64,000 nt of DNA from Planctomycetota bacterium (GTDB lineage Bacteria > Planctomycetota > UBA8108 > SXIK01): positions 6,976,001 to 7,040,000 of the forward strand of contig CBDCXR010000004.1 in assembly GCA_965223845.1 (NCBI GenBank), in the 5' to 3' direction. Positions 10,260 to 20,141 of the stretch are shown in pieces (the stretch's first letter is position 1; each line of letters opens with the position of its first letter). Under the pieces are notes generated by a model, which was not told where the DNA came from, searched no databases, and saw nothing but the letters and a program-made list of their open reading frames with translations. A program made the translations under genes and the position numbers.

Positions 10260-11749
10260 GCGAGCGGCACGACGAAGGGGCGGACGGGGATCGCCGCCGA
10301 GACGGCGAGCCCAACCCGGACGAATCTCGACGCGGTGCGAATCGGCGGCGGAAGCGGCGGCGGGGCGGAGCGCGCCGGGGATCGGGCGACGGGAGCAGCG
10401 GGGCCGGCGACCTCGATCGTCCGCGGTCGCGGCGCGGGCGGCGCGCCGGCTCGGACCGCGAGCGTTCGAAGCGGAGTGCCGATCGAGCGCGCGGAGATGC
10501 GAACAAGCTACCCCGACAGTCCTATCTGGGTTTCGCCGTCCTGTTCGTTCTCCTCGCTGGATTGGCGACGGCGGCGGTGTTCGTTTTCCTGCCGTTCGTG
10601 TCCTCTCTCATCGCGGCGGTGCTGATCACCACCGTCGGCTGGCCGCTCTTTGAGTTCGTGCGCGGATGGATCGGCTCGGACCGTCGCGGGCTCGCGAGCG
10701 GGCTCACGTGCCTCGTCCTTCTCCTCTCCGTGATCTTGCCCGCCTGGGTGTTGTCGTCGGCCCTCGGACGAGAGGTTCGAAAGTGGCTCGCGGCCGCGCC
10801 GGAGGTGGTCGCGGAGCTCGAGTCGGCGCCGGCCGTCCGCGAATACCTGATCGTCGAGGGCGAGCGCGATCCCGTTTGGGACGAGACGCTCGCGAGTGTC
10901 GAGAGATTCTTTGGGATGGCGCCCTATCGATTGCGCCCTCCACTCGGCGCGGGGCCGATCGAACCCGTTCCGCAGGATTCCGCCGTCGATCCGCCTCCGA
11001 GGTCATCGCTCCCGTCGGCGGAGAGTCGGTCCGACCCAGGGTTTCGCATTCCGCAGGGAGGGCTCGAGCGATTGGCGCTCTGGATGACGTCGTCCCTCGC
11101 GACGCTGCTCGTCGGCGCCTTCGGAGTGCTGATCAAGATCGCGCTGACCGTTTTCATCGCCTTCTTCTTCTTCAAGGACGGCCCGCTCATCCTCGCCTCG
11201 ATCGAAAGTCTCATTCCGATCGAGATCGAGGATCAGGTACGCGTCATCGAAAAATTCAAGGATGTCTCGACCAGTATGGTGCGCGGCGTCGTGCTCACCG
11301 CGGCGGCGCAGGGAGTCGTCGCCGGCATCGCGTTTCTGTTTCTCGGGCTGCAGCCGATCCTCTGGGGCTCGCTCGTCGCGATTTCGGCGCTGATCCCCGT
11401 CCTCGGGACGACGATGGTCACCGTCCCGCTCACCGTCTATTTCTTCGTGACGGGGAAGACCGTTCACGGGATTGCAGCGATCGTCGTTCTCGCGGTGATT
11501 TCGAGCCTCGACAACGTTTTGCGTCCGCTCCTCGTCAAGAAGGGACTCCAGCTCCACCCGGTCTGGGTCCTCCTCTCGATTCTCGGGGGCGTGAGTTGCT
11601 TCGGCGCGCTCGGGCTCTTCCTCGGGCCGATGGTCGTCGTTCTCTTCCGAACGGTGCTCCTTCTCGTCGAAGAGCGCCAGGAGCCGCTCGGAAGTCGCTC
11701 GCGTCGGGCGCGCGCCGTCGCCGCGCGGGCGGCGGCCGAGGAATCCTAG
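10256..11749 (+). CDS. AI-2E family transporter
   Basis: GTGA overlap with upstream stop; AQGVVAG, LIPVLGT, DNVLRP, LHP and GLFLGP motifs; multiple TMs. Confidence 0.85.
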   Translation: MSERHDEGADGDRRRDGEPNPDESRRGANRRRKRRRGGARRGSGDGSSGAGDLDRPRSRRGRRAGSDRERSKRSADRARGDANKLPRQSYLGFAVLFVLLAGLATAAVFVFLPFVSSLIAAVLITTVGWPLFEFVRGWIGSDRRGLASGLTCLVLLLSVILPAWVLSSALGREVRKWLAAAPEVVAELESAPAVREYLIVEGERDPVWDETLASVERFFGMAPYRLRPPLGAGPIEPVPQDSAVDPPPRSSLPSAESRSDPGFRIPQGGLERLALWMTSSLATLLVGAFGVLIKIALTVFIAFFFFKDGPLILASIESLIPIEIEDQVRVIEKFKDVSTSMVRGVVLTAAAQGVVAGIAFLFLGLQPILWGSLVAISALIPVLGTTMVTVPLTVYFFVTGKTVHGIAAIVVLAVISSLDNVLRPLLVKKGLQLHPVWVLLSILGGVSCFGALGLFLGPMVVVLFRTVLLLVEERQEPLGSRSRRARAVAARAAAEES

Positions 11750-11783
11750 ACAGGACGACGAAGACTTCGCTTCCCGCTCGACC

Positions 11784-12083
11784 TCATTCTCCGCGTGCGC
11801 GAAATTCGTCGCAGCGAGTCGCGTTCGGACGCTCGGGGTTGCCGCAAGTGTTCGGGTGGTTGTATTTGCACCGGTCGCAGAGGAAGCTCCCGCCGCCGAG
11901 GAACGACGCACCCCCCGTGCCCGTCCCGCCGCCCGGACGCGCGCGCAGGTAGCCGAGGGCGACCGCGACGACTCCGACGATCGCCCACGACGCGGGATGG
12001 CGGAGCGGACGGAGATACCAACCGGCGATCGCCGCGATGCACAGGACGGCCACGACGGTCTGAATGAACTTGCTCGTCGACAT
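11784..12083 (-). CDS. Small membrane protein with C-terminal 4-Cys motif
   Basis: Two TM helices, then a Gly linker and CDRC-x7-C-x10-C. Confidence 0.6.
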   Translation of the reverse strand: MSTSKFIQTVVAVLCIAAIAGWYLRPLRHPASWAIVGVVAVALGYLRARPGGGTGTGGASFLGGGSFLCDRCKYNHPNTCGNPERPNATRCDEFRARGE

Positions 12084-12129
12084 CGAGACACGTCCTCCGC
12101 GGGAAGTACCGGTCACCTCGCACTTCCGA

Positions 12130-13620
12130 TCAAGTGAGAGGAAGCAGGATCGCACCGGCGAGAACGACGACCATTCCCGTGATTCCCATGATGGTGAGAA
12201 GCGGCGTGAGCGTTTTCAATCCCGTTCGTTCCGACATCCCGCTCATCCGACATACGACCCAAAACCCACTGTCGTTCATCCACTGAAGCGGCTTCGAGCC
12301 GCATCCGATCGCAAGCGCGACGTACACGGGATGGAATCCGAGCGTCTCCGGTTGGACTGCGGACGCCACGATCCCGACCGAAGTGAACATCGCGACGGTT
12401 GCCGATCCCTGCGCGGCGCGCATCGCCGCAGTGACGCCGAACGCGAGAAAGAGAATGGCGAGACCGGGATCGGGCGCCGCTTCGGCGAGCGCTCGGCCGA
12501 TCCCGGTCTGCTGGAGCATCTGACCGAACGCTCCACCGGCCGCGGTGATGAAGACGATCGATCCCGCGCTGTTGAGTGCATCCTGGACCGAGTGTCCGGT
12601 TGCGCCGCGGTGATCGCTTCGGGTCGCGGTCCTCCGACCCGGAGTGCCGACATCCGCGCTCTCATCGCCGCTCGCCGCCGCCACGTTCCGGCGCGGACCG
12701 TAGCGGACGAGGGTTGCGAGCGCGATCGCAGCGGCGATGCCGAGTGCGAGGTTCTTGTCGCCGAGGGCGATGACGAAACCGGCCCCGTTCGACTCCCAGT
12801 TTCCCGCTTCCGCCGCGGTTCGAAGCGCGATCAAGACGACGGGGAGCGCGATCGGAAGGAGAGAAAGCCAGAGCGGTGGGCAGACGGTTTCTGCCGCCGC
12901 CGTCGTTTCCCCCATCGACTCGCCTTCGGGCCGAGCTTCGTCGGCCCAGCGACGACCGGCCCACCGTGCGTACACGAAGCCGGCCGCGCTCGCCGCCGCC
13001 CCGACGATCACGCCGCCGAGAATCATCGGTCCGAGCCCGACGCCGAGCACACCCGCGACAAAGAGAGGTCCGGGCGTCGGCGGCACGAGAGAGTGGGCCA
13101 TCGACGCACCCGCCGTGATGCAGAGCGCGAAGACGAGAAACCCGCCGCCCATTTGGAGCGCGGTCGCGCGCGCGAGCGGCACCATCAAGTAGAACACGGT
13201 GTCGAAGAAGACGGGGATGCCCAGCGTAAACCCGCTCGCAAGGAAGGCACCGCTCGCGTTTCGCTCGCCGAAGGCACGGAGTCCGGCCGTTACGATTCGT
13301 TCGGCCGCGCCGCTCTTGAGGAGACACTGGCCGACGATCGCCGCGAGCGCGATGAGAACTCCGATCTTCGCGCAGGTGTCGCCGAAGGCGCGTGTCACGC
13401 GCGTCATCACCGGAGTGTCGGCGAGCTCGAGACTGAGTGCGCGGGCGGCCGCGTCGTCGAGGTTCTTCGTGCGCGCGTAGTCTTCGAGGTGCGCGGGCGT
13501 CGTCAGTGCGCCGACTGTGACGGCGGCGACGAGCAAGCCGAGAAACGCGGGGAGACGGGCGGCGAGCACGCTCGCGAGAACCACCGCGACGCCGAGAAGG
13601 ACGAGGACGATCGAGCTCAT
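12130..13620 (-). CDS. GntP family sugar-acid:H+ symporter
   Basis: IPVFFD, HSLVPPTPGP, ITAAGGAFG, AQGSATVA and NDSGFW motifs. Start at MSSIVLV. Confidence 0.9.
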   Translation of the reverse strand: MSSIVLVLLGVAVVLASVLAARLPAFLGLLVAAVTVGALTTPAHLEDYARTKNLDDAAARALSLELADTPVMTRVTRAFGDTCAKIGVLIALAAIVGQCLLKSGAAERIVTAGLRAFGERNASGAFLASGFTLGIPVFFDTVFYLMVPLARATALQMGGGFLVFALCITAGASMAHSLVPPTPGPLFVAGVLGVGLGPMILGGVIVGAAASAAGFVYARWAGRRWADEARPEGESMGETTAAAETVCPPLWLSLLPIALPVVLIALRTAAEAGNWESNGAGFVIALGDKNLALGIAAAIALATLVRYGPRRNVAAASGDESADVGTPGRRTATRSDHRGATGHSVQDALNSAGSIVFITAAGGAFGQMLQQTGIGRALAEAAPDPGLAILFLAFGVTAAMRAAQGSATVAMFTSVGIVASAVQPETLGFHPVYVALAIGCGSKPLQWMNDSGFWVVCRMSGMSERTGLKTLTPLLTIMGITGMVVVLAGAILLPLT

Positions 13621-14074
13621 GACGGACGATCCTAACCCGGAATTTTCACCAGATTCTACTCTGCCGCCGCGAGACGCGAGCTGCGCACGGGACCGTGTCG
13701 CGACCCCGGTTCTCACTGCGCGGAGAGCACACCTCGGGTAGGTGCGGTACCGTCTCCTCGTCGAACCACGTGACGGAATCGGCGATCGACCTGGACGCGG
13801 CCGGAGCGCGGCCCTCTCGTCCGGCGACTTCGTCGCGATCCTCGCCGCGTCCTTCAGAGCCGCTCGCGGTTCGCTCGGCCATGCGGACCGACAGGCCTCG
13901 ATTCCGAACTTCGATCCGATTCTCCCGCACGCGGCGCTCGCCGGCGCGGGACAGAAGTCCGAGCCCCAGGTCGATGGAAGGCACGATGGAGTCTCTGTCG
14001 TTGTAGAATCGGTCGAAACGGCCTCGTGCGTCGGGACGAACGGTCGAGAGAGCTCGCGGAGAGAGTCAGATCTA

Positions 14075-17000
14075 ATGAGTCGACAGAAGAATCGTGGCCG
14101 GACGTGCGTGCGGTGGATGGCCGTTTTCGGCGGACTCGTTTGGTCCGGGAGCGGCGCGGTGAGCTTTCTTGCGGCTCAGGAGGAGGCTCCGTCGATTCCC
14201 GAGTCCCCAGCGCCCGCGGTGATTTCGCCGGCCGCCGCGAGCGAGAGCGAAACCGCCGCGCCGGTCGCTGCGCCGCGGCCCGAGCAGCTGGGGTATACCG
14301 ATCTCGTCGCCGACGTCGCTTCGGACCAGGCGATTGCGGCGGCGCTTTCGCGTCTCGAGTCCTCGACGGGCGAGGGCGAACGTGAAGCGGCCATTCGGGC
14401 GCTCGCCGAGGCGCTGAAACGCGTGGAGACGGCGCCCGCGGGGGCGGAAGTCGCCGGAGAGGAAGGCGAGGGCGAACCGTCGCACGACGAGCTGCGAGCG
14501 GCAGTGGTGAGCGCCGATGCCGTCCTCTTCCGCGGACTCCCGCAGCGAATCGCTCCGGCCCTCTCCAAGTTCGAGGAGCGCGACCGCGCCGCGTGGAGCT
14601 CGGCGCTCGAGGCGAACGGTATTCGCGCGGCTGCCTACGCGCCGTCACCGCGCGCCGCAGGATCTCTCCCATCGAGCGAGGGGGAGCTCTTCGCCGTTCA
14701 CGGAGGCTACGCGCACGCCGCCATAGCGACGGACCCCGGCGCTCTCGGCGGATACACCAAATGGATCCACACCTTCGAGAAGCAGCGCGAGCTCACGTCG
14801 TCTCAAGAGGCGAACCGCGGCTTCTACCGGTTTCTCCAGCCGCAGATCGTGACGCGCGGTGAGCTGGTCTTCGTCCGAGCTCACCAGGACGTCTTCGCGC
14901 TCGAGCGCGAAACGGGGACCGTTCGCTGGCACGTTCCGAGCGACCGTCCGGAAAACCGGCAGAGCCATCATTCGTCCGCCGGCTTCAAGTCGTTCCGCTA
15001 CTTCACCGACATCGGCGGCTGGGCGCTCACGCTCCTTCCGGGCGAGCCCGATCAACTGATCGTGCTCGACTCGTCGGGAAGACCGAGCCGGAGCGGCGGC
15101 AGCTTTCACTACAAGCACCAGAGCCGTCTCCGTTCGTACGAGGCGGAGAGTGGACAGTTGCTCTGGGAGCTCGGCGACGGAACCGGGGACGACGCGCTCA
15201 CAGGGTTCACGTTCGCCGCGCCGCCGACTCCGGTTCTCGCGGCGGGCGATGGCGCGGATGCGCGGCTCGTGCTGGTCGCCCCGGTCGTCACGCCGCGCGG
15301 TTACTTCGTCGCCGGGCTCTCCCCCGAGGGGAAGCGGCTGTGGCTGAAGAAGCTCTACGGTTACAGCGAAGAAAAAAGCGCCGCCGATGCGATCTACAAC
15401 TCGGGGATCGCGCATGGTGCGAGCCTCGCAGCGTCCGGCGATACCTTCGTCGGCGCACCCGGCCACGGCGTCGTGTTCGCGATGCGCGCGTCGGGCGAGC
15501 TTCTCTGGATGCGGCGGTACTCTTCGAGCGTCCGGCGGCGCAACGAGGATCCGCGTTGGGCGCCCGGGCACCCGATCATCGTCCGCGATACGGCGATCGT
15601 CGCCCCGTTCGACTCGGAGGTTCTTCTCGCGATCGATGTCGAGACGGGTGAACTCCGCTGGGAGGAGGCGAACGCGAGCTATTCGCTGCTTCTCGGCGCC
15701 GGTGGAGATCTTTGCTACACACTCGACCTTACTGGCCAAGTCCTCGCTCGATCGCTCGCGAGCGGCCAGATCGCGTGGACGTCGAGCGCTCTCGGCGCGC
15801 CCGCCGGTCGGGGATGGGTGACGTCCGATCGTCTTTACGTGTCGCTCGAGAGTGAGCTCGTGGTGCTCGACGCGGCGACCGGCGGCGTTCTCGACCGCGG
15901 CAGAATCTGGGACGCGTCGATTCCGAAACCGATCCCCGGCAACGTGTTCGCTTCGCGCGGCGAGCTCTACTGCGCGGCGCCGTGGGGGATCGCCCGTCTC
16001 GAAGCGTTCGCCGACACGCTCGCCCGGATCAATGCGTTTCCGCGGGCGCAGCGTCCCGTCGTCCGGGGGCGCCTCCTCCGGCGGAGCGGCGACTACGAGG
16101 GCGCGATCGCGGCGCTTCGGCGCGCGTTCGATGTAGCGAGGGAAGACCAAGCGAAGAGGGAACTTCGCACGGAGCTTCTCGACCTCGCGCGTGAAGCGGT
16201 TGCGACCACGAAGAATGCGGCGATCGCGCGCGGGATCCTCGCCGATCCTCGACTGGCGCTCCGGCCGCGAGAGCGCAGCGCGTTTCTTCTGCGTATGGCC
16301 GCGAGCCTCGCGTCTTCGTCTCCGTCGGCCGTCGCTCCGCTCTTTCGGCGGATCATCGCCGATGCCGAACACGGGACTCTCGTCGACTCGCCGAGCGGAG
16401 TGCTCGTCGACGCGGAGATCTACGCCTCGACGGGGCTTCGGGATCTCCTCCAAAGCGGTAAGATTCCACCGGATCCCGACGAGGAAGAGCAGACGAGGCG
16501 CCGCGTCGCAGCGAGCGTCGACGCCGGCGATGAGAAGCGTCTCGCGGACGTCGTCCTCCGGCGCGCACATGTGATCGCGAGCAGCAGTGCGCATGTCGCG
16601 CTCGCCGTTCGAGCCGCGGAACGCGGTGAATGGCGGACCGCCATCGAGCTACTCGACCGTCTCGCCGCCGACGTTCCCGCGCTCGGCGAGTCGTCCGCGA
16701 TCGCCGATAGGATCGCGCTTTGGCGAAACAAGGTTCCCGAGGAGATCGGACGCCTGTCGACCGACGCGTCGTTCGATGTCCCCTGGCATCGCCACTTCGA
16801 CGAGAGCCGTCGTCCCGGGGTTCTGGTTCACGGAGTCGGGGCGCAATCTGCCGTCTTCGTTCTCGCCGGTGGCCGCATCCGCTCGTACCGCGAGGACGGC
16901 GCCACCGCGGCCGATTCTCAGCTCGCCGGCTGGCCGGATCTGAGTCAGGTTCGCCCCAAGCTGAAATCGCGCGTTCTCGAACCCGCGTTCGTGCGGGAGT

Positions 17001-18400
17001 TCGCGGACCGCGTTGTCGCGAGTTCGCCGGCCGGCGTGTATTCGCTGCGCGCGGGTGAGGACGGAGCCTGGGTCGCTCAGCGCTGGCTCGAGCGGCATCA
17101 CGCCGTCGACAAACGATGGAAGAGGCTCGGCGACAAAGAGGAGAAGCGGACGACGATTCAGTTCACCGCCGCCGGGGTGCGATCGATATCGGTAGCCGAG
17201 AAGTTCGGCACGATCGACGGCGAAGGGCTCTTTTACCCGGAGTGCCGATTCGTCTCCGGCGCGATCGTTCTCCTCGATCCGGACGGTTCGCTCTCGAAGA
17301 TCGAAGCCGGAAGCGGGCGTCTCGTTTACCAGCAGAGCGGTGGCTCGAACCGAGCCGCACGATTGCTCTCGGTGACCGACGAGCGAGCGGTCGCAGCGAG
17401 TGTGGATCCCCCGGGCGTCGTCCTGCACGATTTTCGATCGAACTCCGCCGATCTCATTCCCGCGGCGGCGACTCCGTGGCGCGGTGAGATCGTTCCGGGA
17501 CTCGCGATCGTTCTCGACACGCCGGCCGGTATCGAAGTTCGGCATCTGCCGCCGCGCTCGAGTCGCCGCGAACCGATGCAGCAGATCGCGCTCTGGCGAG
17601 ACGCGAAGCCGCGCGGTCGTCCGGCGCTCGTCTACGCGGACGCACGGCGCGTCGTCGCGACGGAGGGCGGGGACGAGATCGTGGCGCGAACGCTCCGGAG
17701 CGGACGCGTTATCTGGCGCGCGACGATTCCCGGGGGATGGATTCCGCGGTTCGCGCACGCGACGCCCGGGCGCGAGAGCTTGATCGCGATCGGCGCGGGC
17801 GGGAGCGGGGCGGCCGTTCCGTACGGTGTTCTGGCGGCGAGCCCCGATCAAGACGTCGCGGCGATCAAGATCGATCTCGCGAGCGGCGAGATCGCGTGGA
17901 CGACGTCACTCGTGGCCGGACCGGCGGCGATCGGAGAGGCGCGCTACGACGCCGGCGGTCGACTCGCCCTCGCGGTGGCGGCGAAGTCGTCGACGTGGGT
18001 GCTGCGGCTCATCCGGCTCGATCTCGAGCTCGGTGCGGTGAGCACGGTGTTCGAGCACGCGACGAAGGAAAGCGGCGCGAACTGTCCGCCGCCGCGTCTC
18101 GCCGCGACTCGAGGCGGAATCGCGATCGGAGCCGGCGAGAGTTGGGCGTGGTTCTCCCCGCGAGAAGTGCCCGAGGCGCTTCTCAAGGAGGCCGAGGAAC
18201 CTCTCCCCGAGACGACTGCCGAAGCGAAACCGGCCGCCGCCGAGGGGGCGGCGCCGCCCGAATCACCGGCGGATGTGCGCGAGGCCGAGGGCGCCGCGGA
18301 ACCCGCGCCGTCGACGCGAGCCCGCGCCGCGGCGAGGCGCGCACGCGCGGTTCGTCGTCCGGCGGTTCGACTCGTACCCCCGCAACCGGCCGACGAATAG
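14075..18400 (+). CDS. Large exported PQQ-like beta-propeller / TPR protein
   Basis: Signal-like N-terminus; repeated 'A.D..TG...W' propeller motifs in two blocks separated by a helical TPR-like region; low-complexity ends. Start is uncertain. Confidence 0.7.
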   Translation: MSRQKNRGRTCVRWMAVFGGLVWSGSGAVSFLAAQEEAPSIPESPAPAVISPAAASESETAAPVAAPRPEQLGYTDLVADVASDQAIAAALSRLESSTGEGEREAAIRALAEALKRVETAPAGAEVAGEEGEGEPSHDELRAAVVSADAVLFRGLPQRIAPALSKFEERDRAAWSSALEANGIRAAAYAPSPRAAGSLPSSEGELFAVHGGYAHAAIATDPGALGGYTKWIHTFEKQRELTSSQEANRGFYRFLQPQIVTRGELVFVRAHQDVFALERETGTVRWHVPSDRPENRQSHHSSAGFKSFRYFTDIGGWALTLLPGEPDQLIVLDSSGRPSRSGGSFHYKHQSRLRSYEAESGQLLWELGDGTGDDALTGFTFAAPPTPVLAAGDGADARLVLVAPVVTPRGYFVAGLSPEGKRLWLKKLYGYSEEKSAADAIYNSGIAHGASLAASGDTFVGAPGHGVVFAMRASGELLWMRRYSSSVRRRNEDPRWAPGHPIIVRDTAIVAPFDSEVLLAIDVETGELRWEEANASYSLLLGAGGDLCYTLDLTGQVLARSLASGQIAWTSSALGAPAGRGWVTSDRLYVSLESELVVLDAATGGVLDRGRIWDASIPKPIPGNVFASRGELYCAAPWGIARLEAFADTLARINAFPRAQRPVVRGRLLRRSGDYEGAIAALRRAFDVAREDQAKRELRTELLDLAREAVATTKNAAIARGILADPRLALRPRERSAFLLRMAASLASSSPSAVAPLFRRIIADAEHGTLVDSPSGVLVDAEIYASTGLRDLLQSGKIPPDPDEEEQTRRRVAASVDAGDEKRLADVVLRRAHVIASSSAHVALAVRAAERGEWRTAIELLDRLAADVPALGESSAIADRIALWRNKVPEEIGRLSTDASFDVPWHRHFDESRRPGVLVHGVGAQSAVFVLAGGRIRSYREDGATAADSQLAGWPDLSQVRPKLKSRVLEPAFVREFADRVVASSPAGVYSLRAGEDGAWVAQRWLERHHAVDKRWKRLGDKEEKRTTIQFTAAGVRSISVAEKFGTIDGEGLFYPECRFVSGAIVLLDPDGSLSKIEAGSGRLVYQQSGGSNRAARLLSVTDERAVAASVDPPGVVLHDFRSNSADLIPAAATPWRGEIVPGLAIVLDTPAGIEVRHLPPRSSRREPMQQIALWRDAKPRGRPALVYADARRVVATEGGDEIVARTLRSGRVIWRATIPGGWIPRFAHATPGRESLIAIGAGGSGAAVPYGVLAASPDQDVAAIKIDLASGEIAWTTSLVAGPAAIGEARYDAGGRLALAVAAKSSTWVLRLIRLDLELGAVSTVFEHATKESGANCPPPRLAATRGGIAIGAGESWAWFSPREVPEALLKEAEEPLPETTAEAKPAAAEGAAPPESPADVREAEGAAEPAPSTRARAAARRARAVRRPAVRLVPPQPADE

Positions 18401-18443
18401 CTCGCCCGCCGAGCGATTCGATCGTTCCCGCGCGCGCCGCGGG

Positions 18444-20030
18444 TCAGCTCTTCTCCGCGTTTGGAGTCGTGCGCTTTTCCGCCTCCAGCTTGGCCTCGGC
18501 CGCTTTCTTCGCGGCCTCCTCGGCGAGCCTTCGCTTTCGCTCCTCCTCGCGCCGTTTGCGTCGTTCGGCGTCCGGTGCGATCTCCGCTCTCGAGCCGGGC
18601 CGCGCGTCCGCGTGAGAGCTCCCCTTCGCCATCGGGTGGTTGATCTGAGGTAGGAAGCGTCGATGCGCCTCGACGATGCTCGCGAGCTCGGGGTCGCCGA
18701 CTCGGTTTTTGAACTCGTTTCGATCGCTCCGGTGGTCGTAGAGCTCCTCCGACCCGTCCGCGTAAACGATGTACCGCCAGTCGTCGGTGCGGATGCTGTG
18801 ATTGTGTTGGCCGAAGGTCGTGAGCGCGGCGTACGGCCACGCGACGCTCGGATCTCGGAGCAGCGGGGCGAGACTGTTCCCTTCGAGACCCGTCACCGGA
18901 GGGAGACCGCAGAGCTCGACGAGCGTCGGGTAGAGATCGATGAGGCCGACCGGACGCGAGCAGCGCGTTCCCGCCGAGAATCCAGGGGCGCTGATCATGA
19001 GGACGACCTTCGTCGAGGCTTCCCAGAGCGAGCGTTTTCCCCAGCGCTCTTTCGTGCCGAGATGGAATCCGTGATCGCTCCAGACGACGACGATCGTATT
19101 GTCGCGCTGGCCGCTCGCGTCGAGCGCATCGAGCACGACGCCGACCTGCGCGTCGACGAAGCTCACGCACGCGAGATACGACTGGACTGCGTGTCGCCAC
19201 TCGTCGTGCTCGACGATCCACCGATGCCGCGGCGCGACCGCGCTCCATGAGAGATCTTGCCCGTACTCAGGCACGTCGGCGAGATCGTCCTCGAGGTGGT
19301 CGGGAAGCTCGACCGATTCGATCGGGTAGAGGTCGAACCACTTCTTCGGCGCGTACATCGGAACGTGCGGGCGGTAGAACCCGCAGCCGAGAAAGAACGG
19401 CCCGTCAGCGCTCTTCAGCTTCGCCGCCGCCCACTGCGCGATCTTCGCGTCGGGCATGTCTTCGTCGCGATCGGGGAACACGCCCCAATCCCAGAGCGGA
19501 TGAGTGTGACCCGCGACGAGGGGCTTCGGCGGACGCGGGCCGAACGCGCCGAAGGTCCCGCCGTATTCGCCGAATTCACGCCGATCGCCTCCGTGGAAGA
19601 TCTTTCCGACGCCCCAGGAGGCGTAGCCGTTCCGCGCGAAATGCTGCGGCAGCGTGACGGCGCGCTTCGTCGCTTCCCACGCGCGGACGCCCGGGCTGAG
19701 GTAGTAGACGCCGGTTGAGGAGGGCAGCTTGCCGACGAGGAGGCTCAACCGCGAAGGGTTGCAGATCGGCGCCTGACAGTGCGCGTTCGTGAAGGTGACG
19801 CTCTGCGCGGCGAGACGATCGAGGTGCGGCGTCTTCACCTGCGGGTGGCCGCCCAGAGGGCCGATCCAATCGTTGAGGTCGTCGATCGCGATGAATAAGA
19901 CGCTGTACGGTCGGCCGTTCGGCGCGAGCTTGGCCTCGCCGGCACTGAGCGACGGGGGGGCACCGAGGCCCGTGAGCGACGCTAAGACTACGACGAGGGC
20001 GAAGTTGGTGGGGATCGACGGGCGTAGCAT
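18444..20030 (-). CDS. Exported S1 (formylglycine) sulfatase, iduronate/choline-sulfatase-like
   Basis: Signal peptide; IAIDDLND, CNPSR (CxPxR), GKIFH, GFYRPHVP, WSDHG and ELYD motifs. Confidence 0.9.
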   Translation of the reverse strand: MLRPSIPTNFALVVVLASLTGLGAPPSLSAGEAKLAPNGRPYSVLFIAIDDLNDWIGPLGGHPQVKTPHLDRLAAQSVTFTNAHCQAPICNPSRLSLLVGKLPSSTGVYYLSPGVRAWEATKRAVTLPQHFARNGYASWGVGKIFHGGDRREFGEYGGTFGAFGPRPPKPLVAGHTHPLWDWGVFPDRDEDMPDAKIAQWAAAKLKSADGPFFLGCGFYRPHVPMYAPKKWFDLYPIESVELPDHLEDDLADVPEYGQDLSWSAVAPRHRWIVEHDEWRHAVQSYLACVSFVDAQVGVVLDALDASGQRDNTIVVVWSDHGFHLGTKERWGKRSLWEASTKVVLMISAPGFSAGTRCSRPVGLIDLYPTLVELCGLPPVTGLEGNSLAPLLRDPSVAWPYAALTTFGQHNHSIRTDDWRYIVYADGSEELYDHRSDRNEFKNRVGDPELASIVEAHRRFLPQINHPMAKGSSHADARPGSRAEIAPDAERRKRREEERKRRLAEEAAKKAAEAKLEAEKRTTPNAEKS

Positions 20031-20141
20031 GGCGCTTTCAGATCGAGTCATTCGAAGGGCAGATTCAGACGACGCGACCGATGGTCGACGCGCGAGGCGT
20101 GCGTTGCCAGTCGAATCCGGGGCGAGTTGAGTCGCGTCGGC

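Noticed and set aside
13646-13984. 112-aa minus-strand ORF in the gntP / propeller-gene divergent spacer
   Set aside because: No RBS or motif. The region contains TAGAAT -10-like boxes on both strands and is more simply a promoter region.
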